A stretch of DNA of 64,000 bases from Asterionella formosa (GCA_002256025.1 NKIB01012462.1:1-64000), one strand, 5' to 3'. Counted from the first letter of the stretch, positions 11,102 through 23,629 are shown. The notes: generated from the sequence alone by a model not told the origin. Made by a program: numbers and translations.

Positions 11102-12580
11102 ATGACCCGGCAGAAACTGGAGGATACCGTCTGGGACGAGGCTCGACAAATGATCAATCTTGCCATCCCGACAGTGATTGTGCAACTTGGCGCCACCATC
11201 CCTCCTGCCTTGACCGCGTCGTACGTCGGCAGAAAGCTTGGTTCTGTTTATTTGGATGGTTTCACACTAGCAAATCTCACTGGAAATCTCTGCACTCTAT
11301 CACTGATATCAGGTCTTTATTCAGCATCGGATACACTCTCGCCACAAGCTTTTGGCGCCGGAAACTATAGCGAACTTGGCTTGCTGGCCATGCGAGGTTT
11401 TACAGGATCGATGCTCCTTGTAGTTCCCATCAATCTCGTCATGATACTATGCATGGATAGGATACTAGTGGCACTCGGTCAAGACTCAGAACCATCGCAA
11501 CTTGCCTGCAAATGGTACCAAATTTACGTCATTGCATTGCCGTTTTACGCACTTTACAACATCACTTGGAAATTCCTATCCGCACAGCAAATAATGGCTC
11601 CGCTTGTGGCCGTACTGATGCTGACGCTTGTAATGCTACCTACACTATTGGACACTCTCCTACCGGCGTTTGGATTTTTGGGGTCGGCCTACGCTATTTT
11701 GATTTACCAATTCAGTCAGGTGGCCTTGTTGCTGGGCGTTCTGTGGTGGCACAAACCTCATCATGACGGAACATGGCCTGGACTTGGAGCCTGGAGGGAA
11801 GCCTTGGAATGGGAGCCCTTCAAGGCATATTTATCGCTGGGGATGGGGGGTATTCTCTCAGCTAGTGAATGGATTTACTGGGAAGTCGTCGGGCTAATGA
11901 TAGGGACACTAGGACAAATTCCCCTTGCAGTTCACACTGTTCCAAACCAAGTGATTTCCGCTGCATTCATGATACCATTGGGTATTGGAATAGCTCTATC
12001 GATTAGGTTGGGACAAACGTTGCCTCAGAGTGTCACTCGAGCAAAGCGACTTGTCGTTTGGACCTTTGGCATTACGTTGTGTTTATCTTCGACTCTGTCA
12101 CTTTCTCTTTACGTGTATCGGTATCATATCTTTCGGCTGTTTACGACCGAAATCGATGTGCTCGATGGATGTGATCGGATTTGGTTGAAAGTGATGGTGT
12201 ACAATTGCACTCTCAGCATTTTCGCTGTCTGCGTTGGCGTCGCATCTGGTCTGGGTATGCAGTGGACTTTGGGAGCTGTTATTTTTGTTTGTCTTTGGGT
12301 TGTTGGGCTCCCTGGGTTATGGTACTTTGCAATTCACCGAAATGGTGGCATTGAAGTGGCATGGAACTGGATTTACCCGCAATACATGTTGATGAATGCT
12401 ATCCTACTGTACAAATTTTACGTCGCTGACTGGGATGCGATCAGCCATTCAATTCGATTACGTGAAGGACTAGAGTCAATTGTTTCAGTATGTGGCCAGC
12501 ACAAGTCGTATGGTGCGATGGTCGAAAGTTCTGTCAGCCTCATCGAGGTAAGCGATGAAAGTGGGAAAAATAAGCGCTGA
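11102..12580 (+). CDS. MATE-family efflux transporter
   Basis: About 12 hydrophobic segments; DTLSPQAFGAGN, SEWIYWE, SIRLGQ. First ATG is at 11102; the true start may lie upstream. Confidence 0.92.
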   Translation: MTRQKLEDTVWDEARQMINLAIPTVIVQLGATIPPALTASYVGRKLGSVYLDGFTLANLTGNLCTLSLISGLYSASDTLSPQAFGAGNYSELGLLAMRGFTGSMLLVVPINLVMILCMDRILVALGQDSEPSQLACKWYQIYVIALPFYALYNITWKFLSAQQIMAPLVAVLMLTLVMLPTLLDTLLPAFGFLGSAYAILIYQFSQVALLLGVLWWHKPHHDGTWPGLGAWREALEWEPFKAYLSLGMGGILSASEWIYWEVVGLMIGTLGQIPLAVHTVPNQVISAAFMIPLGIGIALSIRLGQTLPQSVTRAKRLVVWTFGITLCLSSTLSLSLYVYRYHIFRLFTTEIDVLDGCDRIWLKVMVYNCTLSIFAVCVGVASGLGMQWTLGAVIFVCLWVVGLPGLWYFAIHRNGGIEVAWNWIYPQYMLMNAILLYKFYVADWDAISHSIRLREGLESIVSVCGQHKSYGAMVESSVSLIEVSDESGKNKR

Positions 12581-12678
12581 TTTTATTGGTTGGTCCCTCC
12601 GCCGGATCAAACAAAGTGCACCTACCACAGAAACATACTGAACCAAGAGTACAGCGCATTGAGTTAGTCTTAATGTAA

Positions 12679-13674
12679 CTAACAAGGGAGAAACGGCGTG
12701 TTTTCGAAGCTGTGTCCAAGCGTGCGGTCTTGGTTTTGGTCAAGGAGTACTGGCGGCACCGATCTGTCCATCAACTCCACTTCGAAAATCTCAGTTGATC
12801 GTCCCCCAAACTCTTGACATGACTTTGGTATCAGACCATCCTTTAGGAATACATCTGGCGACATTCGTTGACAGGAAAACCCCAACTTGTCGGACAAAGT
12901 AAAGAAAAGATCGTACGTCATTTGGGCCCGGTTCACTATCCCTAACAAAAATATGGGACGCGACAATCTCGATGTCCATAAGAGTGCTTTCACTGTGTGC
13001 AATAGTGGCTCAACCACTTCTGGCCACTGAACGACATCGGCCGCTATAACAACGTCGACGTGTCCATTCATATCCTCAAGTATGCGAGTCAAATCAGCCT
13101 GTTGCCCCCAAAGAAACTTGGATGCTGTTACAATTCCAGCCGGATTTGTAATCGAATGCGTCGACGAGTACGCATTCTGTCTCAGTAAATCCATTACAAC
13201 GTCGTTGCCGTCAGTCAAAACAACACGGTCCGCAAAGTGGGCAGCAACCAAACCAGGGAAGCCGCACCCAGCGCCTAGCTCGACTACATTACTTCCCTTG
13301 ACAACGCCTTGACCAAGTCCTGACGCGACGTAGTGACCTAAAAGCATCGACACAGGCCAAAGTATTTGGCCTGTTAGGTCGTAGTCTGTACTAGCTGCAG
13401 TGCTATATTTTATTGCGACTGTGATAGTCGAAGGTTGTAGAGGTTCCTGGTCGTCCTCCTCCCCTTTTTGCTCGTTTGATTGACCTCCAATAATTATTGC
13501 ACTTGCGCTGCAACTCAAAATGTTAGGATCATTTCCGTCGGCATTTTTAAGAGGAGAAGGTGCCCCAATATTTGTGGTAAGAGTCCGGCTCACCCAACCG
13601 TTTTCCCTGTGAGAGGGGATTGTGACCACAAAGGCATCGTACTCTGTGATCGTGAAGAGTTTGTCAAGATCCAT
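12679..13674 (-). CDS. Class I SAM-dependent protein methyltransferase (METTL21/Methyltransf_16-like)
   Basis: TGQILWPVS, VVELGAGCGFPGL, VVLTDGN, DVVIAADVV. Confidence 0.9.
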   Translation of the reverse strand: MDLDKLFTITEYDAFVVTIPSHRENGWVSRTLTTNIGAPSPLKNADGNDPNILSCSASAIIIGGQSNEQKGEEDDQEPLQPSTITVAIKYSTAASTDYDLTGQILWPVSMLLGHYVASGLGQGVVKGSNVVELGAGCGFPGLVAAHFADRVVLTDGNDVVMDLLRQNAYSSTHSITNPAGIVTASKFLWGQQADLTRILEDMNGHVDVVIAADVVQWPEVVEPLLHTVKALLWTSRLSRPIFLLGIVNRAQMTYDLFFTLSDKLGFSCQRMSPDVFLKDGLIPKSCQEFGGRSTEIFEVELMDRSVPPVLLDQNQDRTLGHSFENTPFLPC

Positions 13675-13914
13675 CTTAATTTGGACTTGAATTTGGTCGT
13701 CGCTGTTGGTTAACTAATCTACAAGTAAGCTGATATCAATATCCTGACAAAAGGTGCGAACTCCGAACATCATCAGTGGACTCTGTGAATTGTCGACCAC
13801 GATGCAGCATACTGCCTCTGCGGAAAAGGTCCGTGCTCCTTCCCGCGGGCTGGCTCTCTCTTCACGTAGACTCGTACTTGCTCGTAGTACTACCTAGTAC
13901 CACTTACTTTCTCT

Positions 13915-14475
13915 GTAATAGCCTCGGCTCACCAACTGTTGTACATCATCACTGCTAGTACCATTTTGATTGTTGCATCGCTTGCAACTGGAGCAAATGT
14001 CTCAGTAAAATCGACACCTGCTGGGATTTGCTCATATCCCTTCACGACCAATCTTGCCTTGTAAATGGTCTTCCTGGTTAACAAATTTTCTTTAATTCAA
14101 AACACCCATCTTGTTTTTAGTGTTCGCTTCTTGACAGTGTCACTTGACAACTTTCCACAATCCTCTTGACTGGAAGTTTTCACATTCTTTGTTAATTGCC
14201 TTAATCCACTCTTTCTTGTCTGGTCTTGCCATTGCTTCATCGTAGCTTGCTGGTAATCCTGTATCAGAGGCCAGACTTACGTTGTACACAAAATTCACCT
14301 GTGTATTCTTCATAACTTCCTTCATGTCATCCTCCTTGATAACACTACTAGGCAACTTAGTATCTCCTGAAAATCTTACAATTCCGTATTTGTAGGATTG
14401 AATGATGAGTCCAATCTTCGCATTTCACGTGCCAACTTTGCTTGCTTAGACTGAGCACTTTCCGCAACAAGTTCT
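13915..14475 (-). mobile_element. Ty1/Copia remnant: linker and RT N-terminal part
   Basis: [69 protein letters not shown]; contains stops and frameshifts. Confidence 0.9.
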
Positions 14476-14835
14476 GTCTGCAAATAAAAAATATCGTACT
14501 TATAAGATCAGGGGTATCATACGATATCTGGCACAGAATTTTTCTGTGCATGATACATATTTCGTTATATGCATGATAAATGCATACTATGAAAGTGAAC
14601 AGGCTAAGCTTACTCATAATAATCAAACCACCATATAATTATCAAAACATTATCCTATGATGTATATTCTTTTATCATATACCTATCCTGCCTTATATGA
14701 AGGTAACTCTAATCGAAATAGCTGTTAAAAGTAGGTTGAAATGAATTTTAATTTTACTGTTATATCACGAAATCATTTTTATGTTTCTAAATTTTGTGTG
14801 GTTAAACAGCCAATGTTCCCCTTTTATATTCTTAT

Positions 14836-15050
14836 CTCAATGCTCTTGATGCATGCCTCCCCCAACTCTCTTCAATGCTCTTAAGGATACATGCCTCCCG
14901 CTTCCCTTCAATGCTCTTGAGGATGCCTGCCTCTCCCCCCTTCCCTTCAATGCTCTTGAAGATGCCTGCCTCTCCCCCATTTCCCTTTGATGCTCTTGAG
15001 GATTCATTGCATCCTGCCTTCAAATCTCTTAGTAATGCATGCCTCCCGCA
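14836..15050. repeat. Degenerate 33-39-bp tandem repeat (TCAATGCTCTTGAnGATGCCTGCCTC...)
   Basis: Five to six imperfect units are visible. Confidence 0.85.
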
Positions 15051-16066
15051 GCCCTTCCACTCAGATTCTGAAACTCATCTGACTTCATGCTGCAAATCCC
15101 ATTTCCTTTTGATCCGATTCTCTTTTATCTATTTTGATTTCATCATCATAACAACAATGAGAAGGAATTACTTGCTCGTTAGCCATGTCTTGTTTATATC
15201 TCAACACTGCAGTCCCATTTTAGCATGCTCCACTTACCAGAAATCGATGAACTTTTCGCATAATTCTGTAAAATAATGTTTCAGTCAATGATCACATAAG
15301 TACAAATCAGTATACCGTCCCACCAATGTCATTTATAACTTACAACAAAACTCTTTGATTAAAATTATCCTTAAAGATTGAAAAACAAACATGTGTCAGT
15401 GATGTTCTAACAGTGGCTCATTGATCCAACAAGAGCATTTACAAGTTTTTGGTCGACATTGGTGGTATCCCGCTGAATGCGAAATATGCTTTTGAATTGT
15501 TAGGGAAGGAGGCAATCATTTAGTCTTTGTGAACCCAACAATTGATCACCTTGGCATGTACTCATGACATACCATAGCTAGATTCAGTTCACTCTTCCAT
15601 TTTCAATCCTTGCTTCGAAGCCGCAAGGTTTATCATCATGGTGTGCGTTGAAGCGTCGTTCTTTCAGTTTTTCTTGCTTGTCACAGGGCAGAGATTATCT
15701 TTCATTTCAGGATCGTGTGGTACCGGTAGGCATAACAAGGAACCTCTAAACACATGATTTCAAATGTATAGGCTATTTATACATTTATAAAGATTTGAAA
15801 ACAAATAAATATATACACATAATGTTTATACTATCATCAATTAAGCTTATACATAATATAATTATATACAATGCATGAGGATATCATTGTTTTCCACGAC
15901 CTGATGTACTGTCTTTGAAGTTTTCCGCATCAATTCTTGTACCTACAAGTAAGCAATTTAATTAAACCCCTCTATTAGCGGGAGTCATACGAAAATATTC
16001 ATAGTATGGTACAAATCATATAATATTACCCGGTAGATGAATCGCTCGAATCAATCGTTATGATTC

Positions 16067-16486
16067 ACAGATCATACCTCCTGGTTAGAAATGATTGCCA
16101 ATAAATAAGATCACAGATGACAATTTTTAGCTTTTTTGATCTTACTTTTAACATGAATATATCTTACTACTAAATAATTACAGATCATTCTTTGGTTAGA
16201 TACGATTGCCAATAAAAAAGATCACAGATAACAATTTATAGCTTTTTTGATCTTACTTTTAACATGAATATATCTTACTACTAAATAATTACAGATCATT
16301 CTTTGGTTAGATACGATTGCCAATAAATAAGATCACAGATAACAATTTATAGCTTTTTTGATCTTACTTTTAACATGAATATGTCTTACCACTAAAAAAT
16401 TACAGATCATACTTTCTGGTTAGATATGATTGCCAATAAATAAGATCACAGATTACAACTTTTAGCTCGTTTGATCTTACTTTTAA
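16067..16486. repeat. 111-bp tandem repeat, ~4 copies
   Basis: ACAGATCAT unit starts at 16067, 16180, 16291 and 16402. Confidence 0.95.
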
Positions 16487-16490
16487 CCTA

Positions 16491-17065
16491 AGTACGAGGT
16501 GACATTAGATATCAATGTCACCTTGTTTGTATGAGAACAACGTGTTATTGCGTCCCCTCCATCACCAATAGAAGATACCAATGTCGTCACCTTGTCTGTA
16601 AAAGAACGTGTTGTAGCCCGAGTATGAGGTGACAATAGATACCAATGTCACCTTGTTTGTACGAGAAAGTGTTATTGCGTCCCCTTCATCACCAACAGAT
16701 ACGAATGCCACATTGTTGTACGACTACGTGATATTGCGTAGTACCCTCAATCACCTTTAGATACCGGTATACCAAAGTCACTCCCCAACCCTATTCCTAT
16801 CATGGGCATGATTCAAATTCAAATCAATCATACACATAGTACGTTTACATACAAATATCTGTGCAACATACCGGTATATAGGTGTCAGTATCATGATGGA
16901 CATGATTTGAATTCAAATCAATTGTATGCATACTGGTACGTACGTTTACATGCAGAAAAATTTGTGCTACATATATACCGGTAGGTATCCCGATGATGGG
17001 CATGATTAAAATTCAAATCAATTGTGTACATACGTTTACATACAAAAAATCTGTGCAACATATTG
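16491..17065. repeat. Two further tandem arrays: ~130-bp x2 with hairpin AGGTGACA..TGTCACCT, and ~95-bp x3
   Basis: Units at 16491 and 16621; ATGG(G/A)CATGATT..AATTCAAATCAAT near 16802, 16896 and 16996. Confidence 0.8.
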
Positions 17066-17452
17066 GTACTACCAGGGTACCATGTAGTACAGTAGATGAT
17101 ACAGTAGACCTGGTACCAGTACTCACACACAAGTAGGCTCGAACATGAATATGCACATACCGGTATGAATATCTATCATGTCTTCTAAGCTATAGAATGC
17201 TACAGCAGCTATGTACACATACCCATGTACGACTGTCCTACTCATGCAACACGCATTCAGATTGAGCGGTTGTTGATGTTTGCAGCCAGTAATGGTATAC
17301 ATATTAAAATATATGTATCGATATATATATACATACAATATTCTACATGATGATAAATATTATTCATATTAGATGATAAATCGAATTTATATGATCATAT
17401 GATCGCCATTATAAGATGCATCACACGAATTAGATGTTTTCTTTTTGCAGAC

Positions 17453-17995
17453 GTCAGTCTTCACAATTGGGGTATTGGTACCTGTATCTTCGTATTTGGT
17501 AGTACCAACTTTCTTAGTTGATTGTTCAGTTTTCTTCCCCAATTCTTGCTTGTCATCATCTTCATCTTCATTATCGGATTCTTCTTGAGATTTGAACTCG
17601 TTATAAAAATCGTCATGCAATTCTTCATTATCTTCTCGTACTGATATCTCTTTATCCTGTTGGTTGGTGACTGGTTTGAACATTTTCTCTAGTCCATCTG
17701 TTGGTACATTTGTTCCATGCCAGTCACTCCACTTTATGTCATGTGTATTGACCACAGTATTTGTCTTGTGATTGTACATGCGATACGTATCTTGGGAGTG
17801 GCTGGTCATCTGAGTATCCCAAAAAGACACACTTGATGGAATGTGCATGTAATTTCTTGACACCTTCTCTTATAGTAACCCAACCAACACGTCCAAATTG
17901 CCTGTAGAGCTTGAAGGGCCGCCTTGTATTCGTTTCTCCATAGAACACATCATCAGGACTCTTCTTAGTCACTGAATTCACTGTACTGTTCGTTT
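17453..17995 (-). mobile_element. Ty1/Copia remnant: integrase C-terminal/SH3 region
   Basis: SPDDVFYG, RQFGRVGWV, KCVFLGYSDD, DTYRMYNHKT..HDIKW; frameshifted. Confidence 0.88.
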
Positions 17996-18599
17996 CGTAG
18001 GATTTGGAGTATTGGTAGTCTAACCCTGGTACCGGGAGTGTTTACACGTCTTAATCATTAGTAGCTATGTACAGGAGGTAGGCCCCTCAGATAACGTTAA
18101 AAAATGTACATAAACAATTGTTAATGTATGTAATTAATTTTGATCAAGTATCATGCAGGAACGACCACACCACGATGACAGTACCGCTTCCCGTCTGCTC
18201 AGCGAAGTCAAGCATCGTCGGGCCCAGTTAGTACTACGGTGGGGGACCACGTTGGAATCCCGGGTGTTGTTCTTTTTATTTGCCACTGAACCTTATTCAC
18301 TAGCTGTTCCTGCATTTGAACCCAAGCTCGACGTAGGCATAAAAAAATGATAATAAGTCAGAGTAGTCAAACACACAATTCTTACGATTGCAATATAAAT
18401 ATTTATCGCCGTCTTCTCCCTTTGAACATCAACATAAATCAAGATGGACAAAGTTGATCAGACAGGCAACAGTAATTACAATTAATGATTATTTTATTCT
18501 ACCGGTAGTCATCATCATAGTATTTGTTGTGCACCTACTGTAAATTGTCAAATCATTTCAAAACATCATTGTTTTCAATTGTGCATATCAAAATTTATT

Positions 18600-18800
18600 G
18601 AGAAACTTTGACATCAATTTTCGTTATTAATATTAGAATCATAAAAATAATTCTTTTACCATTGTATTTTCTATGTTGTACTTGATATATCTACCAAATA
18701 GGTGGAGAGTGTTTTGTTCTCAATTTTCGTCATGGTCAAGTCTGAGACAACATAATGCAGGATGCTCCACCTGGCCACAATGATTACACTTAACATAGTG
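18600..18800 (+). repeat. Diverged dispersed repeat; inverted copy near 52000-52200
   Basis: Shared TATATCTACCAAATAGG and ATGGTCAAG..CTG..ACAT.ATGCA.GAT.CTCCA.CTG. Confidence 0.6.
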
Positions 18801-19647
18801 TTGACTGTGTAGAAAAGATTGGCTAAGTTATTATGTACAAGCAACTACGAGGAGGGTTCCCTGGTTTACAGCTGGTAGATGAATGTATTTCTAAAGTGAA
18901 AAAAAGAGAGAATTTTGCTGATGTCTGAAATGATTTGTATTCTGTGCCTAAACCAATAATTGTACATTTCTTTTCCGAAAATTCTCGTAAATTAAACTGA
19001 TTTACACTTTTATTCTTCCAAGGCCCCATCTTAGTACGGTGCCCAAATTACAAAGATTGAGTCGCCCGAATACCTGTTGGGCGTTTAATCTTCGAATTTC
19101 ATCCCTTACGGGCTAAATTACTCGCAAATCTCCCCATTACAAAGATTTATATTCATTTGCCCGAATATTTCGGGGGTCATCCCTGATATTGACCCAATCT
19201 TTGTATTTTCTTGAACAATCTTCGTTTCCCAAAGATTAATCTAAGGGGAAATGAAGATTATCTCCACCAATCAGAATAACGGAAACAATATATAATTGTC
19301 ATCACATTCACTGATGATATAGTAGTCAATACTTCTATAAGCATTATTATTGTCATTATTATTGCATATTATTAATATAATTATTTTTACTTTAATATTT
19401 TTTTATGATAATAATAATTTGTAACATGATCACCTCTGCCAACGCTACTATCGTCAACCTTCCTGGCGCATTATCAACAGTTGGCGCAGCCATGGAAGCA
19501 ACAATGGTTGTCATGGCAACTACCAGCAGCCTTGCCAGCTGTGTTGCGAAATGTATGAGCTGGCTTCTCAGTTCCATTTGGATGTTCAATCTGAACAAGG
19601 AAATCAACAATCGCCATCCAACAACATCTGCTAGCTAAGCAAATAAG

Positions 19648-20780
19648 AATGAAACAACCTCTGGTGTCAAGGCAAGAGTCATGTTGGTGGAAGAAGTTCC
19701 TAACAAACGAAAAACGCATATTAAAATTGGACATGAACACATGGGAAGCAAGACTCTTTCGCAATATCAAATGGTTGGTATGATCTGCACAGGAAAGATT
19801 GCTCCAATCTTCTGTGCAAGGACCACGAGTTGCTTCTACTGGGTGCTTTCTACACTCTATCAACCGGTGCTTCCCATTTGTATGTGTACATTCAAACTGA
19901 CATCTTTAAAGAGGTACACCGCAAATTTTTCATTCACTGGACTTAAAAGTTTGCAGAAAAGAAGGATGAATATGTAAACATACTGAGAGAGGAAGATGAT
20001 GACCAACTGCAACGAATTCTTAATGACTACAATTCCCTTGGGCTTCCAGGATGTACAGGCTCCTCAGTCCATTGTGTGCACATGGGGTGGAATTGATGTC
20101 CAGCCTACTACCAGAAGAATATATTTAAAGGTTCCAAGGGGTATCCTTCAGTTGTATTTGAATGTGGTTTCTGATCACAGTAGAAAGATTGTATTAATCA
20201 ATCAGCTAGCTACCTACAACCAGTAACAAGTAATGACAATCACATATTCAAGTTTGATGCTGCTGTTTCCAATCTACATGATAAAATTTTTTTTCAGGCA
20301 AGAGTGGAATGTGCTCACTGTTGAATCTTCTCTTACTTGCAAAGGCTACTATTTCATTTGTGATGGAGGGTACCTAGGATGGCCGGTGTTGATTTGTCCA
20401 ATTACATACGGCAATGAGCATGGAAAGAAAGCAAGGGCATGGGGTATGATGGTGGAGTCTGTTCAAAAAGATATTGAATGAACTTTTGGTATGTTGAAAA
20501 GTCGATGGTTATTTCTTAAGAACTGGAACAACTTGTCTCGACCTGAGCATATCGAAAATGCGTTCACATCATGCTGTATGCTTCTCAACATTCTATTAGA
20601 AAGCGATGGTTACCTTGACTGTGAAAGTTCTGACACACAGCATATTGCGCATACTGTGTGAGGTGACTGTATGGAATTGCATGTTACTTCACACCGCAAC
20701 TTCTTGAATGAAAGAGTGGCTACCGGTAAACAAATTCAATGGTGGAATAGACTTCAACTACTTGTTGATCATGCATTATG
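19648..20780 (+). mobile_element. Decayed PIF/Harbinger (Plant_tran-like) transposase; convergent second ORF remnant at ~20880-21410
   Basis: ELLLLGAFYTL, EVHRKFF, LGLPGCTGS..CVHMGW, ICDGGYLGWP, VESVQKDIE*TFGMLKSRW, CCMLLNILL; several stops and frameshifts. Confidence 0.85.
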
Positions 20781-21841
20781 ACGAATTTTGTAAAAGCAGT
20801 AAGTTAGTAAAAGATGTAACAAGTTAGCAAGATAGCTTAACACATACTACTATGTAACTACATAATAGTAAAAAATATTCATGAGTATTTATGTTGCCAA
20901 CTTTGTTCCTGAACATCAGAGCTATGCATTAAAAAGCATGCACCACAACACCAAATGTTCTGGAGATTTTGAAAACCATCACAACAAATGGAGCAGTCAA
21001 ATTTGATGCAATCAATGCAAAGATGTTCACTGTTTATGACTTGGCAGTCAATGCAAATCCCTCCAAGTTCTGGAACTTGAGGGAATTGGTCTAGTATTTG
21101 TTGGAGTGAGCTCATTTCCAAAGACACTTGTTGCACTGAAAACTCTTTTGTCTGTCATAACTCTTGCACTCTGAAAGTCATAGTTGAAACAATTCAAAAC
21201 AGCTGCATGATATCTGTCATCAGAGAGTATGTGCTTGAATATCTCATATAGATCAAGATGAGCAACAAGCTCATAAGTTTTTCCCTTTTGAGTTTGCACT
21301 GCTTGAAAATGGAACATTGCCATATCCATCATGGTTGGGTTTTTCTGTTTGCTTGGTGATGAGCAAATAGTCATTATCATGATGATGCTTTTGTTTGCTG
21401 CTCCTTCCATGCTCCTTATCCCTCTTCTCTTCGCAATCTACCAGCAGCATCTCTCGTCAACATGTATTTACAACATCACTGTCTTTCACATCTGGAACCA
21501 ATTGTATATTCTTCCAAAATGCGAAAAATCTTAACAGTAAGCAAATAACACAAAGTTGCAACCTGGTGGTACCAGGTACCAGGACCTGATGTGGAAGGTC
21601 CGGTAAAACACTTTTTTCATAGGAAAAGAATAAGCTAAATATCTCGATTACTGGATCTTCATTGGAACCACCAGCCAAGCTATGAGGTACCTGGTACCAG
21701 TACCTGGTACCAGGTACCAGATACCTGGTACTGCAGGGGAAGCATTTAGAAATTGGTGGAACAATACATTTTAGAAAAATTGATGTATTACATTATTACT
21801 CAGAAGTGCATTACGTTTCCACCACCCATTTCGATGTGACC

Positions 21842-23629
21842 ATGATGCGTCGTTTGCTGTTCAAGGGAGCTCGACGACCATATTGTAATGCAAACAGAAC
21901 AGCCTCCACAGTCTCCAAGAATCGTACCCTACCCAAAGATGGACTCTCGTTGACTGATTTTATTCAGGAGAAGCTCAATGATGGCGTTGACACGGCTTCC
22001 ACATTGCTGCCCTTCAACCCAGACACAACCTCCTTTCATATCAAAACCTACGGCTGTCAGATGAACGTTTCTGACTCAGATATTGTAAGAGCCTTGTTAT
22101 TGAAAGCTGGGTTCAGAGAAACGCTCTCAGAGGCGGATGCGATCGTTCTATTGACCAACACGTGCGCTATCCGAGAGAACGCAGAGCGCAAGGTCTGGAA
22201 CCGACTAAAAGAACAGCGCGCGCATTACAAGAGTTCGAAGAAACAACAAAAAAAGATTGTGGGAGTTCTGGGATGTATGGCGGAACGATTAAAGGAACAT
22301 CTGTTGACGGATGGACTAGCTGACTTGGTGGTTGGGCCTGATGCGTATCGCGAGTTGCCCAATTTGATTACTACATTATTGGATACTGAAACTGAAACTG
22401 AAACAGAGACAGCTGTGAATGTGCAGCTGTCTTTGGAAGAAACATATGCCGATGTTACTCCCGTTAGATCGTCTCCTGACAGCATATCGGCTTTTGTGTC
22501 GGTCATGCGAGGGTGTAACAACATGTGTAGCTATTGTGTCGTTCCCTTTACAAGAGGCCGTGAAAGAAGCAGACCAATGGAGAGTATTCTGGGAGAAATC
22601 AATGAATTGATACAACAGCAAGATGTGAAAGAAATAGTTCTTTTGGGCCAAAATGTCAATTCCTATCACGACAAGAGCGACGCTGCTGTCCTTCTCAAAC
22701 CAGTGAATGATTACACTACATCTAATGACGGTTTTACCAACATATACCAACTACGAGGCGGAGCGGGACACTACTTTGCAGATTTAGTGGAAGCAGTTTC
22801 CGACATTTCACCGGAAGTTAGAGTTAGATTCACCTCACCTCACCCGAAAGACTACCCGCTAGAACTACTTCAACTCATGGCCGAACGACCCAATGTTTGC
22901 AACCAATTGCACATGCCAGCTCAGAGTGGTTCTACCTCCGTTTTGGAGCGAATGAGGCGAGGATACAGTCGAGACGCCTACTTAAAGCTGATTGATGATG
23001 TCCGTGCCACTATTCCCGATGTAGCAATTTCTTCGGATTTTATTTCAGGCTTTTGTGGGGAAACAGATGAAGAACATCGTGATACCGTGTCATTGATAGA
23101 GCAGATTCAGTTCGATCAAGCTTACATGTTTGCATATAGCATGAGAGGCAAGACACATGCGCACCGCAAGCTTCAAGATGATGTTCCTGAAGAAATCAAG
23201 CAAATAAGACTTCAAGAAGTGATAAATACATTTCGAACTCAGGTGCAGAGTCGAAATGAAGAGATTGAAGTTGGTCGTCTACGGTTAGTTCTAATGGAAG
23301 GAGAAAGTAAGAAATTCAACATTGATTCTCCAACTTGGAGTGGGCGAACAGATCAAAACAAGAGAATTGTATTTCCATCTATGGAATTGGGATGTTTTGA
23401 TGATGGTATTGTCAGTTCTATATTGGCTGGTGGTACTGTACTAGACTTTCCACAAGTTCCTATCACAAAGGGAGATTATGTAGTTGTACATGTGACGGAA
23501 TCTCGTGGGCATACTTTACGAGGCAAGATCGCATGGAGAACATCTCTATCAAAATTTGACGAAATGAATCTTACGATGGACAATGAAACTGCATTGAAGG
23601 ATGCATTAGGGCTGCATGCGATCACATAG
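21842..23629 (+). CDS. CDK5RAP1: tRNA 2-methylthiotransferase MiaB/CDK5RAP1, probably mitochondrial
   Basis: TYGCQMNVSDS, NTCAIRE, LGCMAERL, radical-SAM CNNMCSYC, FTSPHPKD, TRAM-like C-terminus; Arg-rich presequence. Confidence 0.96.
   Translation: MMRRLLFKGARRPYCNANRTASTVSKNRTLPKDGLSLTDFIQEKLNDGVDTASTLLPFNPDTTSFHIKTYGCQMNVSDSDIVRALLLKAGFRETLSEADAIVLLTNTCAIRENAERKVWNRLKEQRAHYKSSKKQQKKIVGVLGCMAERLKEHLLTDGLADLVVGPDAYRELPNLITTLLDTETETETETAVNVQLSLEETYADVTPVRSSPDSISAFVSVMRGCNNMCSYCVVPFTRGRERSRPMESILGEINELIQQQDVKEIVLLGQNVNSYHDKSDAAVLLKPVNDYTTSNDGFTNIYQLRGGAGHYFADLVEAVSDISPEVRVRFTSPHPKDYPLELLQLMAERPNVCNQLHMPAQSGSTSVLERMRRGYSRDAYLKLIDDVRATIPDVAISSDFISGFCGETDEEHRDTVSLIEQIQFDQAYMFAYSMRGKTHAHRKLQDDVPEEIKQIRLQEVINTFRTQVQSRNEEIEVGRLRLVLMEGESKKFNIDSPTWSGRTDQNKRIVFPSMELGCFDDGIVSSILAGGTVLDFPQVPITKGDYVVVHVTESRGHTLRGKIAWRTSLSKFDEMNLTMDNETALKDALGLHAIT

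Larger units (their letters stand above)
14476..17452. mobile_element. ~3-kb non-autonomous TIR element nested in the Copia remnant
   Basis: Left end GTCTGCAAATAAAAAATATC vs right-end reverse complement GTCTGCAAAAAGAAAACATC (17/20); Copia coding sequence resumes on both sides. Confidence 0.7.

Noticed and set aside
14832..15276. Repetitive ORFs on both strands
   Set aside because: By-product of an in-frame tandem repeat inside a transposon; surrounding frames contain stops.
16067..16486. CRISPR-like array
   Set aside because: Whole units repeat with no unique spacers; eukaryotic context and no cas genes.
19030..21550. TIR boundaries for the second Harbinger remnant
   Set aside because: Subterminal-like repeats occur at 19030-19270, but no matching right end was found.
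22383..22412. ETETETET insertion in CDK5RAP1
   Set aside because: Simple in-frame microsatellite in a linker.
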